Positions 47,014 through 54,000 of a DNA stretch of 64,000 bases are shown in pieces. The stretch lies in assembly GCA_964443495.1 (NCBI GenBank), contig CAYUCS010000003.1, positions 132,031 to 196,030 of the forward strand. The letters are read 5' to 3'. Position 1 is the stretch's first letter; the number at the start of each line of letters is the position of its first letter. Position numbers and translations under genes: made by a program. The notes under the pieces are model-generated. The model worked only from the letters and a program-made list of their open reading frames with translations, was not told the origin of the DNA and made no database searches. The stretch comes from an uncultured Gammaproteobacteria bacterium. Lineage in GTDB: Bacteria > Patescibacteriota > Patescibacteriia > Patescibacteriales > GWE2-39-37.

Positions 47014-47140
47014 GCCATTCCGCCGCCGCGGAATGGCTCGTTGTCCTGGGCAGCGATGAATGCTGGCCGCATTCATCGGCGTTCACTGCGAACCTGCTCT
47101 GCTGAGCAGGTTCTTGCTCACTGCTGCCCGTTCGAGTCCC
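47014..47140 (+). other. Noncoding cluster of perfect GC-rich hairpins ending in a T-loop-like GTTCGAGTCCC
   Basis: GCCATTCCGC/GCGGAATGGC (47014-47037). Closing stem GGGCAGC (47048) / GCTGCCC (47123) encloses GATGAATGC/GCATTCATC and GAACCTGCTC/GAGCAGGTTC. Then GTTCGAGTCCC (47130-47140). Confidence 0.5.
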
Positions 47141-47150
47141 CTTTCATGAT

Positions 47151-47198
47151 ACAAGCAATATAAAACACCCCTAATTAGGAGTGTTTTATATTGCTTGT
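47151..47198. repeat. 48-nt near-perfect palindrome
   Basis: ACAAGCAATATAAAACAC ... GTGTTTTATATTGCTTGT with centre CCCTAATTAGGA (one mismatch). The outer arms extend to GTTCGAGTCCC (47130) / GGGACTCGAAC (47208). Confidence 0.8.
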
Positions 47199-47240
47199 GC
47201 CGCGGGAGGGACTCGAACGGGGCGGAAGCCCCACGCCGTC
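47195..47240 (-). repeat. Displaced copy of the tRNA-Leu(TAA) 3' end plus conserved GC hairpin (att-like remnant)
   Basis: 47195-47218 is identical (24 nt) to 47374-47397 in the tRNA. It is followed on the T-loop side by GGGGCGGAAGCCCC-ACGCCG (47219-47238). Confidence 0.75.
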
Positions 47241-47376
47241 ATCTAGAGGGTTTCGTTTGTTTTTTAGTAAGAGCAAATAATTTGTCATTACTTAATTAAC
47301 CTCCTTCATCTAAGGTTTCTCGTACTTCCGACAACGCAAATAAAAAAGCCCCAGGTTACTGGAACTTTTTTATTTG

Positions 47377-47459
47377 TGCCGCGGGAGGGACTCGAACCCT
47401 CACGAGATTGCTCTCAGCAGATTTTAAGTCTGCCGCGTATACCATTCCGCCACCACGGC
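47377..47459 (-). tRNA. tRNA-Leu (TAA), long variable arm
   Basis: GCCGTGG...GCAGA-CTTAAAA-TCTGC-variable arm-GAGGG-TTCGAGT-CCCTC-CCGCGGC-A. No CCA encoded. It lies 6 nt after the tmRNA 3' end. Confidence 0.85.
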
Positions 47460-47465
47460 CGGATG

Positions 47466-47843
47466 TGGAGATGAGGAGAGTTGAACTCCTGTCTAATAAA
47501 GTTTTTAAAAACAGTTTACAAGCCGTAGCCGCTTTGTTTGTCTGACTGCAATCATCAAAAGTGGCAAAAGCGATTGCAGCGATCCCTAAAGTTTCGGACG
47601 AGCGGCCAGGGCCTCCGCTTGCCTATCTCTGAAAGATAACACCCGGATCGCGAGACCAGAGACTACCCGCGGCGGATGGTTGCGGCGATTTAAGCGGCAA
47701 CAGGTGCAAAGGCAGGTACCTTCCAGGTAAAGCCTTTGGCTAAAGTGTTTTTGGCACTTATGAATTTGAATCGGATTAAGGTGGCGATCCTGCACCGGCT
47801 TGAGTGTTTTCAAAGTTCTTTACTATCGATGCCCGTCATCCCC
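47466..47843 (-). ncRNA. ssrA: tmRNA (SsrA)
   Basis: 5' GGGGATGACGGGCATCGATAG. 3' AGGAG-TTCAACT-CTCCT-CATCTCC-A with a G3:U70 pair. Tag frame GCC AAA AAC ... GTT GCC GCT TAA gives AKNTLAKGFTWKVPAFAPVAA. Directly downstream of smpB. Confidence 0.88.
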
Positions 47844-47858
47844 AAAAAGCAGAAAAAA

Positions 47859-48326
47859 CTATCGATGCGACAGTTTTTGCAGGCTTCGGAGCTTGCGGTC
47901 ACTTTCGCGCTGCTTGATAACATCGCGTTTGTCGTATTTCTTGCGACCCTTGCCTATGCCGAACTCCAGCTTAAGCAAGCTGCGTTTAGTATAGATTTTA
48001 ATCGGAACCAGTGTCAAGCCTTGCTCCTGCTTCTTGCCGATCAGAAAATTGATTTCTTTTTTCTTCAAAAGCAGCTTACGGGAGCGGTAAGGGTCGTAAC
48101 CGTCCAGCTTGCTGGCGTGCTTATATGCCGGAATATGGGCATTGATCAGGTAGAGTTCCGGTAGCTTAAGGTTGCCAGTCTTGACGGTAACGAAGGCGCC
48201 TTTTAGGCTAACATGACCAGTTTTTACCGATTTTACCTCCTGGCCGAACAAAACCAGGCCAGCCTCAAAAGTCTGGCTGATATCATAGTCGAATTTGGCG
48301 CGTTTGTTGTAGGCTAAGGTTGGCAT
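47859..48326 (-). CDS. smpB: SsrA-binding protein SmpB
   Basis: NKRAKFDYDI..FEAGLVLFGQEVKS, YDPYRSRKLLLKKKEI and a basic C-terminal tail. Confidence 0.93.
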   Translation of the reverse strand: MPTLAYNKRAKFDYDISQTFEAGLVLFGQEVKSVKTGHVSLKGAFVTVKTGNLKLPELYLINAHIPAYKHASKLDGYDPYRSRKLLLKKKEINFLIGKKQEQGLTLVPIKIYTKRSLLKLEFGIGKGRKKYDKRDVIKQRESDRKLRSLQKLSHR

Positions 48327-48370
48327 ATAATTGCTTAATTCTAGTATAATTTCAGACTATTTACAACCTC

Positions 48371-48399
48371 TTGCCAAAGTTTATAAAATTATCTATACT
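48371..48399 (+). promoter_or_regulatory. Promoter of tRNA-Gly
   Basis: TTGCCA (48371-48376), 17 nt, TATACT (48394-48399). Confidence 0.6.
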
Positions 48400-48449
48400 A
48401 ACATTTAGTAAAAAGCTCCAACAAGGCTTTTTCTATTTTTCCACAATTC

Positions 48450-48521
48450 GCGGGTATCGTATAATGGCTATTACATTACCTTGCCATGGTAGAGATGGGG
48501 GTTCGATTCCCCCTACCCGCT
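48450..48521 (+). tRNA. tRNA-Gly (GCC)
   Basis: GCGGGTA-TC-GTAT-AATGGCTA-TTAC-A-TTACC-TTGCCAT-GGTAG-AGAT-GGGGG-TTCGATT-CCCCC-TACCCGC-T. No CCA encoded. Confidence 0.9.
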
Positions 48522-48528
48522 CAAAAAA

Positions 48529-48563
48529 TAATCCTGTCCCTTTGGGGGCAGGATTATTTGTTT
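48529..48563 (+). terminator. Terminator after tRNA-Gly
   Basis: AATCCTGTCCC-TTT-GGGGGCAGGATT followed by ATTTGTTT. Confidence 0.75.
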
Positions 48564-48602
48564 AAACAGCTCGAATGGGGCTGTTTTCTATTGGGTTCAG
48601 AG

Positions 48603-48631
48603 TTGACTAGTAATGATAAATATGCTTTAAT
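48603..48631 (+). promoter_or_regulatory. Candidate promoter of the RavA-like/VWA pair
   Basis: TTGACT (48603-48608), 17 nt, TTTAAT (48626-48631), about 100 nt upstream of ATG 48736. Confidence 0.4.
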
Positions 48632-48735
48632 ATGAAATTGCCGTTTTGGGCAAATGTTCTTAAAAAATACGAATAACTATGGTGCAGATGAGCTGCAACA
48701 TACCACAGGCCCACGGGCAATGAAAGGAGAAAAGG

Positions 48736-50004
48736 ATGCAAAAATGCAACTGTAGGTTGGGAGGGAAGGATCTGCTGAACGCGGTATTGGCGTATAACCA
48801 GTTTTTTGACGATTTGAAGAAGTGCTTCGTCGGACGTGATCGGGTGATAGACAATCTCCGGTTCGCCATGGTGCAGAAACAGCATCTCCTGACCTTCGGA
48901 CCCCCGGGCACCTCCAAAACCGCTATCTTCGATGTGCTGTACAGCGGACTGACTGACGTGAACGGCTTTCATGCCGAACTGTCGATGTTCATGACCGAAG
49001 ACGCACTTTTCGGTCCGTACAATCCGAAAAAGATGCGGGAAGAAGGCGTACTTGAACACAACGTGTCTGGCATGCTGCCTGAAGCCAACGTGGCCCGGCT
49101 CGGCGAGTTTCTTGACGCCAACATGCCGCTGCTCAGGTCAACCCTGTCAGCGCTTAATGAACGTCGCATGGTACGCGGCCGGCAAAATCTGAGCATCCCA
49201 CTCATCACCGCTTACTGCGACACCAACACCAACCCGGGCACTTTTCTGGAACGCCACCCCGAAGCTTGGGCAGTCCTCGACCGCTTCCTGTTCATGGCTT
49301 ACGTCGATTATCTTTCCGATCCCGACGAGATTGCCGAGATGTTGCTTCGCTTCCAGGGCGGCAACGTCACAAATCTCTCCGGCAGGCTGTCGATAAACCT
49401 GATAAACGAGTTATCGCGCCTGACCCTTGAGCCGCCAACCATAATCAAGAGCGAGTTGATTTTCAGGAAGCTGGCCCAGGGCATGCAGGAATATCGCACA
49501 CAGCGGCGCGCCGCCATCAGCGGGAACAAAATATCGGGAGTTATCCTCCCTGAAATTTCCGATCGGCGCCTTTGCTGGGCGTCGCAGGTTGCTGAGGTCA
49601 ATGCGATCTTGAGCGGCCGCGAAGAAGTGGTGCCTGAAGACATTATCGCTTTGAAGCAGGTTCTTGGCACGACCGAGGCAGAGGAGAAGCTGTGGAGCGA
49701 TATTGCGGCGAAGCTTATCGAGGAAATAAAGGAAGAACAGAAGATGCAGCTTGACCATGCTCAGTATATCGCGCTCGAAGGGCTGATCAAAGAGCTCGAC
49801 CAGGTCGATCCGGCAAGCGCCAAAGATATAACGGCGCTGAAGCAGATCGGAGATAATCTCATGTCTTTGAAAAAGCAGGCCGAGATAATCGTCCCTGAAA
49901 ACGACCAAGTCGCTTCGCTTGCTAAAAAGGCGGAGGCCATAATCGCTGAAAAGACTTTGATAATCAAGGGGCAAGCAGCCGCATTCGCCGGAGTATCGAA
50001 CTGA
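48736..50004 (+). CDS. MoxR-class AAA+ ATPase, RavA-like, with Walker B Asp-Ala instead of Asp-Glu
   Basis: Walker A [30 protein letters not shown] parallels RavA [31 protein letters not shown]. Long helical C-terminal half. AGGAG RBS. Confidence 0.8.
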   Translation: [422 protein letters not shown]

Positions 50005-50014
50005 ACCGAAGGAG

Positions 50015-50980
50015 GTGATCGCATTGTTTCTGTCATTGTTAGCTGGCGCTGCGGCGCTTGCGGCGGCCGCGGCCTTAGCGTGGCGCTTCTGGAAAAAAAT
50101 CAGGAAGGATCAGGAGGAAGAACAGAGGAGGCAGTCGAAAAATTTTTCTAGAAACCATGGAGGAGGCAACGGCTTCGAGGAAGAAAATGAGTATTCCGGA
50201 CCTGGCCAGCAAGAACGTGAACGTCGAGCAAGGGATTATTGGGCGCGCAAAAACGAATTGCTGCAGTCGATAGTCAGGTCAATCGAATTCTCAACAAGAG
50301 AGGTAGTTTCCGACATCCAGATTCCCGGCACACTTCCACGCCAATCGATCGTGCCTACTTCAAACTTCAATGTGAGGCCGATGAAGGGCGTGGGCGAATT
50401 TTCCTCCTTGCTGCCATCGGGCCATCTTTTCGAGGATGATCAGTTCTATGGCCGCATCGCAGCCAACAGCCTGCTGGTGGCTGAGTACCAGGAGTATTAT
50501 GGCAATGCTCGCCGCGTCCTTTTCGCGGCATTCGACGGCTCCGGCAGCATGGAAAAATACGGCCGCGTCGAATGGGCCATAGGCCTTTGCGAGGCGATCA
50601 TTGATCGCTGCGTCGAACAGCAGGCCGAGTTTTACCTCGTGGTATATTCGGGAGTGATCAAGGGCGTTTATCGTGTCCATGATCGCGCATCGGCAGCCGC
50701 GCTCAAAAGCAAGCTGCGAGAAGTGCTCCATCCGGATGGAGGTACCGATATCAACCTGGCGCTAAACACGATTTTCGACATGATCGGAAGCGGCAAGTTT
50801 TCAGAAGCACGCGGCTTGCTGGTGACTGACGGAACCGAGTCGGTGGACGAAGAGCAGATTCTGCATCGGCGCAATTCCGAAAGAGTTTTCCTTCATACGG
50901 TAAGCATTGCCGGCGAAAGGGATGATCTGCGACGCATATCCAATAAATTCGACCAACTGGCCATGAATTCCGCTCCATAG
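50015..50980 (+). CDS. Membrane-tethered von Willebrand factor A (VWA) protein, ViaA-like partner
   Basis: N-terminal TM helix followed by RFWKKIRK, which predicts a cytoplasmic body. Complete MIDAS (DGSGSM, GGTD, VTDGTES). Starts 10 nt after the ATPase gene. Confidence 0.85.
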   Translation: MIALFLSLLAGAAALAAAAALAWRFWKKIRKDQEEEQRRQSKNFSRNHGGGNGFEEENEYSGPGQQERERRARDYWARKNELLQSIVRSIEFSTREVVSDIQIPGTLPRQSIVPTSNFNVRPMKGVGEFSSLLPSGHLFEDDQFYGRIAANSLLVAEYQEYYGNARRVLFAAFDGSGSMEKYGRVEWAIGLCEAIIDRCVEQQAEFYLVVYSGVIKGVYRVHDRASAAALKSKLREVLHPDGGTDINLALNTIFDMIGSGKFSEARGLLVTDGTESVDEEQILHRRNSERVFLHTVSIAGERDDLRRISNKFDQLAMNSAP

Positions 50981-51002
50981 TTATTAAACAGACAAAATTT
51001 GC

Positions 51003-51030
51003 CCCCGCTCTCACAAGGAGCGGGGTTTTT
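51003..51030 (+). terminator. Rho-independent terminator after the VWA gene
   Basis: CCCCGCTC-TCACAAG-GAGCGGGG followed by TTTTT. Confidence 0.75.
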
Positions 51031-51032
51031 CA

Positions 51033-51061
51033 TTGATACTTAATCCAAATAATTATATAGT
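51033..51061 (+). promoter_or_regulatory. Promoter of the A2M-like/Memo-like unit
   Basis: TTGATA (51033-51038), 17 nt, TATAGT (51056-51061). Confidence 0.55.
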
Positions 51062-51098
51062 GGAAGTACTTAGGCTAGCAGATTTTTAATAAAAAAAT

Positions 51099-54000
51099 AT
51101 GTTTTTAAAAGATCACAATGAAGGGCAGACGGGGGGAGCGGCTGGCCAGCAGGCAGCAGCTGCTCCAAACCGGAGTTTTAAAAAAATCGCCATCGCTGCA
51201 ATCGCCTGTTTGGTTGTGGCTGGCGCCGCATTATCGGTGTTCGGTTATCTTAATTCACGTAATACTACATCCGGAAAGCTTGAATTGTCTTTGGTGGCCC
51301 AAGGCGGCGACCTTAACGGCATTGAGAAAAGGGGCTCATTTACCTTGTCTTCAAGCAGGAAGCTGTCTGCAACGGAAATTGAAAAGAATCTGAAATTCGA
51401 TCCGCAGGTGAAATTCGACATTCGTGAGAAGAAGTCCGTATTTTCGTTTCTGGCCGGCAGCGTTTTGGCGGCAAGCCGATCAGCTGCCTTGGATAATCAA
51501 TATGAGATAACGCCCAAGGAGCCGTTGCTCGACGGCGTCGTGTACAAGGTGCAGACAGCCGCATCTTCCAGCTTGCAGTTGGACCATGATTATTCCTGGG
51601 CATTCAACGTAAAGGAAGATTTCGGCATCGATGAGTCGTTGCCGAACGATGAAGCGTACGGCGTACCGGTCAACACCGGCATCGAGGTCACGATGAACCG
51701 CTTGAGCATCGGGCGCGACATCGAGAAATACTTTTCAATCGAACCGAGCGTCAAAGGACGCTTCGAGGTCGGCATGAACAAGATAGTCTTCATTCCGGAA
51801 GGCGACTTGAAAGGCAAGACGTTGTATAGGGTCGTCATCAAGAAGGGCTACAAGGCAGGCGAGAAGAACGAAGAGCTGCTTGAGGATAAGTCGTTCGTTT
51901 TTGAGACTGCCAGCACGGAGAAAGAGGCTTATGTACCGACCATGTCTTGGAGCGACGACTATTTCGAGCTATCTACGAACAACGAAGGCTTTCTTGAGGC
52001 CAGTGGCGACGCCACCACCTCGGAAGTGACATTGAGCCGGTACGCGGATATGGCAGGTTTCTTGAAGGATTTTTACGATTTCCGCGACCGCGCGTACGAC
52101 TGGTCAAATTTCAACAAAGAGCAATTCAAGCCGAGTCCCGCTGCTCAGGAAGTGGCCAAGTTCAAGCCTGAACTCTTGAAGCGGGCAGAGGGAGATAATT
52201 ACGGCTTGATCAAGCTGCCGCGAAAGCTCGAGGCTGGTTTTTATGCGGCCAAAGTCGCAGTCGGCAACGTCGCCGAATACTCGTTTATCCGGGTATCTCC
52301 GCTAGCGTATTATTATTCGCAGATCAACGGAGACGGACTGGTCTGGGCTTACGATTTCGTCAACAAGAAGCCGTTTGCCGGCGTCAGGGTGGCGCTGCTC
52401 GAGAATGGGGGCGGCGAAAAGCAGCTTGGCCAAACCGATGCCGACGGTTTGCTGAAGTTCGATTCAAGTTCGAACAAGGATGATAATTCCGGCATGACCT
52501 TAGTTTTCAGAGGTGACGAAGTCGGTGAGACGGTGGCGCCGGATGCAGGCCGCATCATGGAGAAGCGCAGCAATTTCTATCAAGGATACCTGAATACGGA
52601 TCGTTATGCTTATCGGCTGACTGACAAGGTTCATTTTTGGGGCGTGGTCAAGGGCAGGAGCTTCGATTTGCGCCAGAAGAAGGTGAAAGTCCGCTTGGAT
52701 GATTATATTGAAAAAGAAATCATGGTTTCTCCTTTTGATACCGTCGAGGGAGAGCTTGATTTTGCCGGACTGCCTTCGGGTTATCACAATCTGGTGGTAA
52801 GTTATGACGATGAGGTGATCGCCCAATCAGGAATAGAGGTCTTTTCTTTCGAGAAGCCGCTGTACAAGATCGAGGTTACGCCGGATAAATCATTTTCAGT
52901 GACTGATGCTCCGGTCAAGGCTAAGATCAAGGTCAGTTTTTTTGACGGAACGCCCGTCAAGGATATGGATTTGAACTATTCGATCTATTGGCGCGGCGAC
53001 AATAACGGCACGGTCAGGACCAACGACCAGGGAGAAGCCGAATTGTCCTATACGCCCGGATATTATTTCGAGGAGACTAGTGACCAGTATTCCGATTCAT
53101 GGACGACCTATCCCGGCAGCCTGCGTTTTTCCGTGAGGCCGCAATTGCCCGAAGAGGGTGAGATTTGGGGCGAGGCCTATGTCAGCGTCTATGGACCCAA
53201 GCTCTATATGCAATCCGAGGGGTCGGAAAAAGATGGCGCGTTAGTGTTCAAGAGCAAGGTCAATGACCTGGATCTGGCAACGAGCACGGAAGAAAACCTG
53301 ATCGGCCGTCCGGCCGCCGGCGTCAAGATGAAGGCGAAGGTAGTGCGGTATTATTATGAGGAAAAACCTGATGGCGAATATTATGACCCGATAGAGAAGG
53401 TTAAGATCAAGAAGTTTACCTACGAATTAAAAAAGGAAACAGTCAGGGAAGCTGAGGGCACAAGCGACCAGCGGGGAGAGTGGTCGATCCAGGTCGACAA
53501 GAAAGAAATCAAGAAGTTCGGCTATATCAAGACGATTTTTTCCGCTCAAGACGTTGACGGCAAGAAGGTTATGAGTGCCGCCCAGTCGTATAACTACTAT
53601 CCTAACGACAACACTGCGCTGAACCTGGAGAATGCCGACATCGAAAAGACGCCGGGTGTTTCGTATAAAATCGGTGACAAAGTCAATTTGCGGGTTGTCT
53701 TGACCGGCCCCAAAAAGCCAGTCGACGACCGCACGCTTATTGTCGGCTTCCAGGAGGGATTGCGGAGCGCAAGGCTGATCAATCAGACGACTTTCTCAGA
53801 CACCTTCAGCCGCGACCATGTGCCATCGATGACATATATGGCGGTCAAGATGATGCCGAGCGGCTTCATCGAGAGTTATTATGTGACTGCTTCGTACAAG
53901 GAAGATGAAAGCAAGTTGTCGGTAGAAATATCTTCGGACAAAGAAAGGTACAAGCCGAGGGAAGACATCAATCTCGACATTGCCATCAAGAACAAGTCCG

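Noticed and set aside
47175-47288. 37-aa minus-strand ORF with a GGAGG 11 nt upstream, inside the inter-repeat segment at tRNA-Leu(TAA)
   Set aside because: More than half of it is translated from the conserved hairpin, the tRNA 3' fragment and the palindrome. The SD spacing is long and the other two loci have no comparable ORF.
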